Shown here one piece after another: positions 21,086 through 31,049 of a stretch of DNA of 64,000 nucleotides. Position 1 is the stretch's first letter, and every line of letters begins with the position of its first letter. The stretch is taken from positions 44,703 through 108,702 of the forward strand of contig CAVUTN010000003.1 in the NCBI GenBank assembly GCA_963744515.1, written 5' to 3'. The stretch is from an uncultured Actinomycetes bacterium (lineage in GTDB: Bacteria; Actinomycetota; UBA4738; HRBIN12). A program made the position numbers and the translations under genes. The notes under the pieces are model-generated. The model was not told where the DNA came from. It did not search any database and worked only from the letters and a program-made list of their open reading frames with translations.

Positions 21086-21976
21086 ATGAAGTGGCGGAAG
21101 CTCCGGCGCCGGCCCGGCGGCGTGATCGATCGGCGCGGTCAGGCTCGCCGGCCGGCTACGGCGGCCGAGGCCTCGGCGGGATCCGCTCCCGGTCGGAGGT
21201 GGCATCGGCGGCGTGATCCTGCTCGTCGTCGTCGTGTTCGCGTTCCAGTTCTGCGCCGGCGGCGGGTTCGACATCCCGGGGAGCCCGGACCTCGGAGGCG
21301 CGGACCAGGCGCCCGCCGGCGACTCCGGCCCGGATCTTGGGGAACGCTCGCGGAGCGCACGGACGCGGTGGTCGACGACATCCAGGTGATGTGGGATCAG
21401 GACATCTTCCGTCCCGCCGGGAAGACGTACCGGCTCACCGAGGTCGTCCTGTTCACCGATCGGACCGACTCGGGGTGCGGGGTCGCCTCGGCCGCGACCG
21501 GACCGTTCTACTGCCCCGCCGACGGCCTCGTGTACCTGGATCTGGGCTTCTTCCGCGAGCTCGACCAGCGGTTCGGCGCACCCGGTGATTTCGCGCAGGC
21601 CTACGTGATCGCCCACGAGATCGGGCATCACGTGCAGACGCTCGTGGGAACGAACGCCGCGGGGCAGCGTGAGTCCAGGGACAACCCGTCGGAGCGCAAC
21701 GAGCTCTCGGTCCGACTCGAGCTCCAGGCGGACTGCTTCGCCGGCGTCTGGGCCGCCTCGGCCTACGCGCGGGACGTGCTCGAACCGGGCGACATCGAGG
21801 AGGCGCTCGCGGCGGCGGAGGCGGTCGGCGACGACCGGATCCAGCAGCAGACGCAGGGGCGGATCGACCCCGAGACCTTCACGCACGGGACGTCCGAGCA
21901 GCGGGCGACCTGGTTCAGGACCGGGTTCGACTCGGGCGACCCGAACGCCTGCGACACGTTCGCGGCGGACATCTAG
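21086..21976 (+). CDS. YpfJ-family neutral zinc metallopeptidase; ≥2 frame changes
   Basis: MKWRKLRRRPGGVIDRRG.. then GGIGGVILLVVVVFAFQFCAGGG.. then ..YRLTEVVLFTDRTDSGCGVASAATGPFYCPADGLVYLDLGFFREL..YVIAHEIGHHVQ..LQADCFAGVWAA. Confidence 0.65.
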   Translation: MKWRKLRRRPGGVIDRRGQARRPATAAEASAGSAPGRRWHRRRDPARRRRVRVPVLRRRRVRHPGEPGPRRRGPGARRRLRPGSWGTLAERTDAVVDDIQVMWDQDIFRPAGKTYRLTEVVLFTDRTDSGCGVASAATGPFYCPADGLVYLDLGFFRELDQRFGAPGDFAQAYVIAHEIGHHVQTLVGTNAAGQRESRDNPSERNELSVRLELQADCFAGVWAASAYARDVLEPGDIEEALAAAEAVGDDRIQQQTQGRIDPETFTHGTSEQRATWFRTGFDSGDPNACDTFAADI

Positions 21977-21978
21977 CG

Positions 21979-22548
21979 ATGGCTCCCCGTGGCCGCTCCT
22001 TCGAGCGGGCGTACCGTCGCGGCCGCGCCCCCTGGGAGACTGGTGTCACGCCGCCGGAGGTCATCGAGGAGGTCTCCGCGATGGAGCCCGGTCGCGCGCT
22101 CGACGTGGGTTGCGGCACCGGGACGAACGTTCTGTGGCTCGCGCAGCACGGGTGGACGGCGATCGGGGTGGATCGGTCGGCGACCGCGATCGAGTCCGCT
22201 CGGCGCAAGGCCGACTGGACGTCGGGCGCGATGTTCGCCGAGGGGGACGTGACGCGGCTCGAGGAACTCCAGGTCGACGGTCCGTTCGATCTGATCCTGG
22301 ATATCGGGTGCTTCCACGGCCTGCCGATCGGGCGTCGGGACGCGTACGTCCGCCAGGTGGCCCGGGTCGCCCGGCCCGGGGCACGGATGATGGTCTTCGC
22401 GTTCGGGCGGCGCCTGCGCTGGCCCGGCTCCACCCGGACGCGTGAGCCGGAGATCCGACGGCGCTTCGGGGACCGGTTCGAGATCGAACGTGTGGCGCCT
22501 GGGCGAGACCCTCCGGGGGCTGCCTGGTTCTACCTCCAGCGTCGTTGA
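21979..22548 (+). CDS. Class I SAM-dependent methyltransferase
   Basis: Intact ORF: ..GRALDVGCGTGTNVLWLAQHGWTAIGVDRSATAIE.. (motif I). Confidence 0.75.
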   Translation: MAPRGRSFERAYRRGRAPWETGVTPPEVIEEVSAMEPGRALDVGCGTGTNVLWLAQHGWTAIGVDRSATAIESARRKADWTSGAMFAEGDVTRLEELQVDGPFDLILDIGCFHGLPIGRRDAYVRQVARVARPGARMMVFAFGRRLRWPGSTRTREPEIRRRFGDRFEIERVAPGRDPPGAAWFYLQRR

Positions 22549-22626
22549 CGAGCGTCCATCCGGGTGTTGGGTCGACGTTCGGGCTACGGTCCAGTAGCCT
22601 GCGCGGTCTCGCAGACCGCTCGCTCT

Positions 22627-23437
22627 ATGGGGAAGGATCCATCACGGCGACATCTCGACGACGATCCACGGCGCCCGCGACCATCTTCGTGATCGTCGTC
22701 TCCATCCTCGCCGTATCCCTTCCCACGTTCGCGAGCGCCGAGCCGGGGGATGCGGGGGCGACCGGTACGACCGGATCCCTGCCGGCGACGCCCACGACGG
22801 CGGTCCTGGCGCCGCCCCCGGTGCCGTGCCCGGCATCGACGTCTCGCACCATCAGGGCGTCATCGACTGGTCGCAGGTCGCGGCGTCCGGCCAACGCTTC
22901 GCCTTCGCGAAGGCGACCGAGGGCCGCACGTTCGTCGATCCGAACTACGCGTTCAACAAGTCCGGCGCCGAGATGTCCGGCGTGGCGTTCGGCGCGTATC
23001 ACTTCGCACAGCCCGACGGCGGCGCGAACGACGCGATCATCGAGGCCGACCACTTCGTCGACACCGCGCAGCTCGAACCCGGCGACCTGATCCCCGTCCT
23101 CGACATCGAACGCACCGGCGGGCTGTCGCAGGCGCAGGTGACGCAGTGGATCCTCACCTGGTTGAACCGCGTGACCGAGAGGGTCGGTGTGCGGCCGATG
23201 GTCTACACGAGCCCGCACGGATGGGCGACGCGGACCGGCGACACGACCGCCGTGGCCGACGCCGGCTACCCGCTTCTGTGGGTAGCGCACTGGAACGTGG
23301 CGTCGCCGAACCTGCCGGGCGCCGACTGGAGCGGCAACGGGTGGACCTTCTGGCAGTACGGCAACTGCGGATCCGTTCCGGGGATCGACGGGTGCGTCGA
23401 CGTGGACTGGTACGAGAGGGGCTCCTTCGACCCGTGA
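22627..23437 (+). CDS. Secreted GH25 muramidase (lysozyme); the N-terminal signal region is in a different frame
   Basis: ..TIFVIVVSILAVSLPTFASAEP.. is signal-peptide-like. ..VPGIDVSHHQGVIDWSQVAASGQRFAFAKATEGRTFVDPNY...YHFA..DIE.. is the GH25 catalytic region. TGA at 23435. Confidence 0.6.
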
Positions 23438-24525
23438 CGATCCCGACGCCCGACGATGTGCCGCCCACCGCCACGATCGCGCTCCCCGCGACACCGGCCG
23501 AACCGGTGACGGTCACGTTCAGCGAGATCGTCCACCAGGTGACGCCCGAGAACGCCTACGTGTGGATCCCGAGCACCGGCACGTACCCGGATCTCGAACT
23601 CACGTGCCGGTCGGGCAAGGGAGCCGACGTGGACTGCGTCTCGGGCAACGTCCGCAGCGCGCTCGTGCGGCCGCTCGGGTCGTTCGTGCTGGGTGAGACC
23701 GACGAGGCCGTCGTGAACCCGGCGATCGCCCCGGTGCTCGTGGTGGACCGGAGCGCGAACCCGGTCTCGACCGTCTCGCAGGGGTTCGGAACGCCCACCG
23801 AGGTCGAGGAGGACAGTCCCGCGATCTCGTACGCCTGGCGCACGATCTCGAACGCGGGCGCGAAGGGCGGTTCGTACGCGGTGGAGCACGGGGCCGGGGC
23901 GACCGCCTCGTTCGCGTTCGCCGGCGGGTCGGTCGCCTGGTTCACGGCCACCGGTCCGAACCGGGGCAAGGCCGCGGTCTCGATCGACGGCGTCGCGAAG
24001 GGCACGTTCGACCAGTACGCCGCGCGACCCGCGTTCGGGGTCGCGCGGACCTTCGACGGGCTCGGCTCGGGCGAGCATTCGATCACGATCCGCGTGCTCG
24101 GCCGGGCGCGCGGGAGGGCGACCGACACCCAGGTCGTCGTGGACGCGTTCCGTGCCGGTGGCAAGCTCGTCTCGAACCCGGACCTGGACGAAACCTGGGG
24201 TGTCGTCGAGCAGGGCTCGGCGTCGGGCGGGAGCCTCGGCTCGAGCGACCTCGCGCGTTCGAGCGCCGAGGTGACGTTCCGCGGGACGGGGATCGACTGG
24301 ATCACGTACCGCGGACCCGATCAGGGGCGCGCCGAGATCTACGTGGACGGGATGCTCGTCCGGACCGTCGACAACTACGCGGCGTCGCCGACGTTCGGGG
24401 TCGTGCGATCGTTCGCCGGCCTCGCGGACGACGTCCACACGCTGCGGATCGTCGTGCTCGCGAGGACCCGGCCCGCCGCGACGGGCGCGCTCGTCTCGGT
24501 TGACCGCTTCTCGATCGTCCCCTAG
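23433..24525 (+). CDS. Ig-like (Big_5/SbsA-type) domain plus two tandem ~85-aa repeat domains; probably the C-terminal part of the GH25 protein
   Basis: VTIPTPDDVPPTATIALPATPAEPVTVTFSEIVHQVTPENAYVW.. Two repeats follow: GSYAVEHGAGATASFAFAGGSVAWFTATGPNRGKAAVSIDGVAKGTFDQYAARPAFGVARTFDGLGSGEHSITIRVLG and GSLGSSDLARSSAEVTFRGTGIDWITYRGPDQGRAEIYVDGMLVRTVDNYAASPTFGVVRSFAGLADDVHTLRIVVLA. It begins GTGA on the GH25 stop and has no signal peptide of its own. Confidence 0.5.
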
Positions 24526-24535
24526 CGAGGATCCG

Positions 24536-25180
24536 TCACGCGCCCGCGGCGCGAGCGATGATGTCGGCCGCCGCCTCGGGCTCGAGGACCTCGGTGTTCA
24601 CGACGAGGTCGTAGTGGGTCGGGAGCTCGCGGTCGACGTCGTAGAAGGTCTTGAGGTACGCGGCCCGCGCCTCGTCCGAACGCTTGAGCTCCTTCGCCGC
24701 CTGCGCCTGGTCGCCGCCCCGAGCCTCGGCCAGGCGTCGTGTCCGGATCGCGGCCGGAGCCGTCACCAGAACCCGCAGCAGGTCGTCCCTGCCCCCGAGG
24801 GCGAACGCCGCCGCGTGCGCGACGATCACGACGTCTCCCTTGGCGGCGGTCTCGTGGATCGTCTCGCGGATCAAGGCCCGGAGGTCGTGGCTCTGGGCGA
24901 GCTCGGTCGCGTCGTCGGGGATCCACAACGGCCCGCCGGGCGTTGCGCCGCCCGCGCCGCTCTGTCCTAGCCCCTCCAGGACCCGCTGGATCACGCCCTT
25001 GCGTCGTTCGGCGTCGGCGATCGCGGCGGGGTCGACGCCCTGTTTCTCGGCGGCCCTCGCGATGATCTCCTCGTCGACGTACCGGAAGCCGAGCCGCTCG
25101 GCGACGAGCGCGCCGATCCGCTCGCCCTCTGCGCCCGCCGCCCGCGAGATCGCGACGACCTTGGTTGTCCGCTGCGTCAT
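24536..25180 (-). CDS. Cytidylate kinase-like family protein
   Basis: Intact ORF: MTQRTTKVVAISRAAGAEGERIGALVAERLGFRYVDEEI... Confidence 0.7.
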   Translation of the reverse strand: MTQRTTKVVAISRAAGAEGERIGALVAERLGFRYVDEEIIARAAEKQGVDPAAIADAERRKGVIQRVLEGLGQSGAGGATPGGPLWIPDDATELAQSHDLRALIRETIHETAAKGDVVIVAHAAAFALGGRDDLLRVLVTAPAAIRTRRLAEARGGDQAQAAKELKRSDEARAAYLKTFYDVDRELPTHYDLVVNTEVLEPEAAADIIARAAGA

Positions 25181-25252
25181 GTGCACCTCCCGCGCCGTCG
25201 AGCGAAGCCGTGGTTCCCGATCCGGATGTCCGTATACGGTAATGCCGATCGC

Positions 25253-26599
25253 ATGCGAGAGGCGCCGAACGCGTCGACGCGACGACGGGGCCCGACCCGG
25301 GCCGTCCTCGTGGTGCTCGTGCTCGCCGGTTCGTTGCTCACGGGCGGGGCCGCCGAGGCTGCGGCGCGGTGCTTCGGGCGGGACGCGACGATCGTCGGGA
25401 CCCGCGGCGACGACCTCCTCGTCGGCACGGACGCGGACGACGTCATCGTCGGGCTCCGCGGTTTCGATCGGATCCGCGGCGGCGGCGGCGACGACCGGAT
25501 CTGCGGCGGCGGGGACAGCGACGTGGTGCGCGGCGGCGCGGGCGACGACGCGATCGAGAGGGCGGGCGGATCCGACAGCGCCCACGGCGGGCCGGGTGGC
25601 GACCGGATCCTCCTCGGCGCCGGAGCGGTCGAGGCGCTGTTCGGCGGGCCCGGCGACGATCGGCTGTTGCGCCGGGTCAGGTTCGTTCGACGGCCTGATC
25701 GGCGGGGGCGGCGACGACCTGCTGCACGGCGGTCCCGGCCAGGACCTCGCCGAGTTCTTCGGCGCGCCGAACGGTGTCACGGCCGACCTCGATGCCGGCA
25801 CGGCGACGGGTCAGGGTGAGGACCATCTCGTCGCGGTCGAGGGCCTCGTCGGCTCGAACTTCGACGACGTCCTGCTCGGCGACGGGGTCTCGAACCTGAT
25901 CGTCGCGCAGGAGGGCGACGACGTCGTCGACGCGCGGGGGTCGGGGACGTTGGAAGGGCTCGGGGCCGACCTGATCGACGGCGGCGGCGGCGCGGACGCG
26001 CTCGCGGGCGGCTCCGGCGCCGACATCGTGACGTTCGAAGACGCGCCGGACCGGTGACGGTGGACCTGACGCTCGGAACCGCGACGGGTTGGGGCGACGA
26101 CGCGCTCTCCGGGATCGAGGCGATCGTCGGCTCGTTCTTCGACGATGCGCTGACCGGGGACGCGCAGGACAACGCGTTCGCCGCCGGTGCGGGCGACGAC
26201 GCGATCGACGGCCGCGGCGGCGTCGACCAGGCTGCGTTCTTCGACGCCGGCGGACCCGTCGTGGCCGACCTGCAGGCCGGCCTGGCGACCGGGTGGGGTG
26301 TCGACACGCTGGTCGACATCGAGGATCTGACCGGCTCGAGCTTCGCCGACGCCCTCACCGGCGACGACGGCTCGAACGCGATCGTGGGCGGCAGCGGCCC
26401 CGACCTGCTCGCCGGTGCCGCGGGCGACGACCTCCTGATCGGGGCGAACGGCACCGACCAGGCCGACGGCGGGGACGGCCTCGACACCTGTGACGCCGAG
26501 ACCGAGGTCGCCTGCGAGGCCGACCCGCCCTCCGCTCGCGCTCCGGACGGTGGGTGGTTAGCATCCGGGGAGTACCAGCGCCTCGAGCGCACGTCGTGA
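25253..26599 (+). CDS. Secreted hemolysin-type calcium-binding (RTX-like GGxGxD) repeat protein; two frame changes
   Basis: Signal peptide MREAPNASTRRRGPTRAVLVVLVLAGSLLTGGAAEAA. Then dozens of GxDxL/IxGGxGxD nonapeptide repeats (..GTRGDDLLVGTDADDVIVGLRGFDRIRGGGGDDRICGGGDSD..). Confidence 0.65.
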
Positions 26600-26615
26600 A
26601 CCCGAGGAGGACCCG

Positions 26616-27458
26616 ATGCCGAGGACCGTCAAGGCCGCGCTGCTGCAGACCGACTGGTCCGGAGACCAGGAGTCGATGACCGACAAGCACGAGGAGGCCG
26701 CTCGCGAAGCATCCGCGCAGGGCGCCGAGGTCATCTGCTTCCAGGAGCTGTTCTACGGGCCGTACTTCTGCCAGGTGCAGGACGCCGAGTACTACAGCTA
26801 CACGGAGCCGATCCCCGACGGTCCCACCACCAAGCGGTTCCAGAGCGTCGCCAAGGAGCTCGGGATGGTGATGGTGCTCCCGATGTACGAGTTCGTGCAG
26901 GCCGGGCAGTACTTCAACACCGCGGCCGTGATCGACGCCGACGGGACGTACCTGGGCAAGTACCGCAAGCAGCACATCCCGCAGGTGAAGGGGTTCTGGG
27001 AGAAGTTCTACTTCACGCCGGGCACCGAGGGGTACCCGGTGTTCGAGACCGCGGTCGGCAAGGTCGGCGTCTACATCTGCTACGACCGGCACTTCCCCGA
27101 GGGGTGGCGGATCCTCGGCCTGCACGGCGCCGAGATCGTGTTCAACCCCTCGGCCACGCACCGCGGGCTCAGCGAGTACATCTGGCGGCTCGAGCAGCCG
27201 GCCGCCGCCGTCGCGAACATGTACTACGTCGGCGCGATCAACCGCGTCGGGATCGAGCCGCTCGGCGAGAACGACTTCTACGGGCAGAGCTACTTCGTCG
27301 ATCCCGAAGGGCAGTTCGTCGGCGAGGTCGGCGACGCCTACAAGCCCGAGCTGATCGTCCGCGAGCTCGACCTGGACAAGATCCGCGCGGTCCGCGACCG
27401 GTGGGCGTTCTACCGGGACCGCCGGCCCGACGCGTACGACCCGATCGTCGCTCGCTGA
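26616..27458 (+). CDS. Carbon-nitrogen hydrolase (nitrilase superfamily; beta-ureidopropionase / N-carbamoyl-amine amidase-like)
   Basis: Intact ORF: ..EVICFQELFYGPYFCQ..GKYRKQHIP..VYICYDRHFPEGWR.. (E-K-C catalytic triad context). Confidence 0.8.
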   Translation: MPRTVKAALLQTDWSGDQESMTDKHEEAAREASAQGAEVICFQELFYGPYFCQVQDAEYYSYTEPIPDGPTTKRFQSVAKELGMVMVLPMYEFVQAGQYFNTAAVIDADGTYLGKYRKQHIPQVKGFWEKFYFTPGTEGYPVFETAVGKVGVYICYDRHFPEGWRILGLHGAEIVFNPSATHRGLSEYIWRLEQPAAAVANMYYVGAINRVGIEPLGENDFYGQSYFVDPEGQFVGEVGDAYKPELIVRELDLDKIRAVRDRWAFYRDRRPDAYDPIVAR

Positions 27459-27490
27459 GCGACGAGCCGCGAGGCAAGCGGAGGGGCGCG

Positions 27491-28510
27491 ATGGACATCG
27501 GTGTGGTGCTGCAGACCACCCCGCCCGAGCGCTCGCGTGATCGACCTCGGCACCAAGGCCGAGACCTACGGGTTCACGCACGTGTGGACGTTCGACAGCC
27601 ACATCCTGTGGCAGGAGCCGTTCCCGATCTACACGCAGATCCTCGCGAACACCCGCAAGGTGATCGTCGGGCTCGATGGTCACGAACCCGGCGACGCGCG
27701 ATTGGACGGTGACGGCGAGCGCGTTCGCGACGCTGAACGAGATGTTCGGGAACCGGACGGTGATCGGCATCGGGCGCGGCGACTCGGCGGTCCGGGTGAT
27801 CAACGGCAAGCCGACCACGCTCGCGACGCTGCGGGAGAGCGTCGACGTGATCCGCGAGCTGGTGAACGGCCGCGACGGCCGAGTACCGAGGCTCGAAGAT
27901 CCGGTTCCCGTGGGCGTCGCGGAGCCGCGCCGAGGTGTGGGTCGCGGGCTACGGTCCGAAGGCGCTCAAGCTGATCGGCGAGGTCGGCGACGGGTTCATC
28001 CTGCAGCTCGCCGACCCGCACATCACCGAGTGGACGATCGGCGCCGTCCGCTCGGCCGCCGAGCAGGCCGGCCGCGACCCCGACGACGTGACGATCTGCG
28101 TCGCGGCGCCGGCCTACGTCACCGACGACGTCGCGCACGCCCGCGACCAGTGCCGATGGTTCGGGGGCATGGTCGGCAACCACGTCGCCGACATCGTCGC
28201 GCGCTACGGCGAGCATTCGGCGGTCCCGGCGGCGCTCACCGAGTACATCAAGGGCCGCGAGGGCTACGACTACAACGAGCACGGCCAGGCGGGCAACGTC
28301 CACACCGAGTTCGTGCCGGACGAGATCATCGACCGCTTCTGCATCCTCGGGCCGGTCGAGGAGCACGTGCGGCGTCTGGAGGAGCTGAAGGCGCTGGGCG
28401 TGCACCAGTTCGCCGTCTACCTGCAGCACGACGCGAAGGACGAGACGCTGCAGGCCTACGGCGAGAAGGTCATCCCGGCCATCGCCGACACGGTCCGCGC
28501 GAAGACTTGA
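27491..28510 (+). CDS. LLM-class F420-dependent oxidoreductase; ≥3 frame changes
   Basis: MDIGVVLQTTPP..; ..IDLGTKAETYGFTHVWTFDSHILWQEP..; ..MVTNPATRDWTVTASAFATLNEMFGNRTVIGIGRGDSAV..; ..MWVAGYGPKALKLIGEVGDGFILQLADP... Confidence 0.6.
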
Positions 28511-28530
28511 CGCGCGCCCGTCGCGTCTGG

Positions 28531-29325
28531 ATGTTCGCGCTCGCGCTGGTGCTGGTCGCCGTCGTCTGGGAGCTCTACAAGGTGATCGGGCCGCAGGACG
28601 GCGGCACGGTCTTCGGCTGGACGATCCTGCCGCGCGCGAACGACCAGGCGATGCCGCACGTGTGGGACATGCTCTCGCGGTACGCCCAGCCGGAGCGGCG
28701 CGGCTCGACCACCTCGATCTTCCAGGTGGTGGTCTCGGGCGCGTGGTTCACGTTCCGGCTCGCGCTCACCGGGTTCGTGCTCGGCACGGCGGTCGGGCTC
28801 GGGCTGGCCGTGCTCATGGCGCGGTTCCGGTTCGTCGAGCGCGGCCTGCTCCCGTACCTGATCCTGTCGCAGACCGTGCCGCTGATCGCGCTGGCGCCGC
28901 TCGTCGTGAGCTGGGGCGGCAAGCTGCACGTCGGCGGGTTCGAGTGGCCGAGGTGGCTCTCGGCGGCCGTGCTCGGGGCGTTCCTCGCGTTCTTCCCGGT
29001 CGCGGTGGGGACGCTGCGGGGCCTGACCTCGACGCCGCCCGCCTCGCTCGAGCTGATGGACTCGTACGCGGCGTCGTGGCGCCAGACGCTGTTCAAGCTG
29101 CGCTTCCCCGCGGCCGTGCCGTACATCGTCCCGGCGCTCAAGCTCGCGGCGACCGCGTCGGTCGTCGGCGTCGTCGTGGCCGAGCTCTCGACCGGGCTGG
29201 CCGGCGGGGTGGGGCGGTTGATCATCGAGTACGCGCGCGAGGCGACGAGCGACCCCGCCAAGGTCTACACGGCGGTGCTCGGCGCGGCGGCGCTCGGGCT
29301 CGTGATGGCGGGCTCGTCGCGCTGA
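28531..29325 (+). CDS. ABC transporter permease (NitT/TauT family)
   Basis: MFALALVLVAVVWELYKV...LILSQTVPLIALAPLVVSWGG... has the binding-protein-dependent permease signature. Confidence 0.7.
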   Translation: MFALALVLVAVVWELYKVIGPQDGGTVFGWTILPRANDQAMPHVWDMLSRYAQPERRGSTTSIFQVVVSGAWFTFRLALTGFVLGTAVGLGLAVLMARFRFVERGLLPYLILSQTVPLIALAPLVVSWGGKLHVGGFEWPRWLSAAVLGAFLAFFPVAVGTLRGLTSTPPASLELMDSYAASWRQTLFKLRFPAAVPYIVPALKLAATASVVGVVVAELSTGLAGGVGRLIIEYAREATSDPAKVYTAVLGAAALGLVMAGSSR

Positions 29326-29367
29326 TCGACCTCGCGCGATGCGGAACCGGCCGAAGGAGGCGACGGG

Positions 29368-30198
29368 ATGACCGACGCCGGTCCGAAGGCGGTCGAGGTC
29401 CGCGGGCTCTCGAAGGTCTTCAACGCGGGCAGGCCCGAACGAGGTCCCGGCGCTCGTCGACATCGACCTGGTGATCGAGCCGGGGGAGTTCGTCTCGCTG
29501 ATCGGGCCGTCCGGGTGCGGGAAGTCGACGCAGCTGCGGCTGATCGCCAACCTGCTCGAACCCACCAGCGGCGAGGTCCTCGTGAACGGCAAGCCGGCGC
29601 GGACAGGCCCGCCTGGACCAGGACTACGGGATGGCGTTCCAGCAGGCCGGGCTGTTCGACTGGCGGACCGTCGTCAAGAACGTCGAGCTGCCGCTCGAGC
29701 TGAAGGGCTGGGACAAGGCCAGGCGCCGCACGCGCGCGCTCGAGATGCTCGAGCTGGTCAAGCTGCCCGAGTTCGCCGAGCACTACCCGTGGCAGCTCTC
29801 GGGCGGCATGCAGCAGCGCGTCGCGATCGCCCGAGCCCTGGCCGCGCACCCGCCGCTGCTGCTGATGGACGAGCCGTTCGGCGCGCTCGACGAGATGACG
29901 CGCGAGCACATGCAGGCCGAGCTGCTCCGGATCTGCGGCGAGACCTCGACCACCGTCGTGTTCGTGACCCACTCGATCCCCGAGGCCGTGTACCTGTCGA
30001 CGCCGGGTCGTCGTGATGTCGCCGCGCCCGGGCCGCATCACCGACGTCGATCGAGGTCGACCTCGGGACCGACCGCGACCTCGACACGCGCGAGGCCGAC
30101 GCGTTCTTCAAGAAGGTCACCGAGGTGCGCGAGGCCCTCCGCGGGATCCAGCCCGCGGGGGTCGAGCCCGACATCGAGCAGGTCGTGGAGGAGGCGTG
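29368..30198 (+). CDS. ABC transporter ATP-binding protein (NitT/TauT family); multiple frame changes
   Basis: [18 protein letters not shown]..; [16 protein letters not shown] (Walker A); [15 protein letters not shown] (signature); [12 protein letters not shown] (Walker B); ..VVFVTHS... Confidence 0.6.
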
Positions 30199-30991
30199 AG
30201 CCGCTCGCCGCGTTCGGTGCTCGCGCGCGATCTGGTCCCGCCGCTCGTGTTCGGCGTGGGCTTCCTGCTGATCTGGGAGACGGCCGTCAAGGTGTTCGAC
30301 TTCCAGCCGTACTTCCTGCCGGCGCCCTCGGCGATCTGGACCGCGTTCCGGGAGAACACCGCGCTGATCTGGGAGGCGACGAAGGTCTCCGGGCTGAACG
30401 CGCTCGTCGGGCTGCGTGGTCGGGACCGCGCTCGGCGTCTCGATGAGCTTCGCTGCTGGCGCGGTTCCGCCTGCTGAACGACCTGATGACGCCGCTGTCG
30501 ATCGGGCTGAACGCCGTGCCGATCTTCGTGCTGGTCGCGCTGTTCAACAACATGTACCCGGTGACGAGCGAGGTGCCGCGGCGCCTGATGGTCACGCTCG
30601 TCGTCTATTTCATCGTGCTCGTCAACGTCGCCCGAGGGCTGCGCGAGGTCGGCGCGATCCAGCTCGAGCTGATGCGCTCGTACGCGGCGAGCGACGTCGC
30701 GATCCTGCGGAAGGTGCGCGTGCCGAACGCGGTCCCGTACCTGTTCACCGCGCTGCGGATCGCCGCGCCGGCGTCGGTGATCACCGCGTTCGTGTCCGAG
30801 TACTTCGGGGGCTCCCAGAACGGGCTCGGCAGCCGGATCGTCGGCAACATCGCGCTCTCGAACAACGCCGAGGCCTGGGCGTACGTGCTCGCCGCCTGCC
30901 TGCTCGGGCTGACCTTCTACCTGGTCGCCGTGGTGCTGGAACGGGTGGCCACGCCCGGGCGGGGTGGGCGCTCGGGAGCGGGTTGGGGCAT
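30195..30991 (+). CDS. ABC transporter permease (second NitT/TauT permease); frameshifted
   Basis: GTG start overlaps the previous stop (GTGA). ..LVPPLVFGVGFLLIWETAVKVFDFQPYFLPAPSAIWTAF.. and ..MTPLSIGLNAVPIFVLVALFNNMYPV..LRIAAPASVITAFVSEYFGG... Confidence 0.6.
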
Positions 30992-31049
30992 GATGTCGCA
31001 TCCGTTGGGGAGCGTCGGGGGCGATCCGCCCCGGGGGAAGGGGGCACAC

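Noticed and set aside
22627-24525. The GH25 lysozyme as a prophage endolysin marking a prophage.
   Set aside because: It has a signal peptide and cell-wall-binding-like repeats. No holin, terminase, capsid, integrase or att-like repeats are nearby, and the flanks are a methyltransferase and a cytidylate-kinase-like gene.
25253-26599. Dense short direct DNA repeats that might be taken for a CRISPR array or VNTR.
   Set aside because: The repeats are the in-frame coding periodicity of GGxGxD RTX nonapeptides (GGCGGCGGCGACGAC…). They are not separated by unique spacers of regular length, and no cas genes are present.
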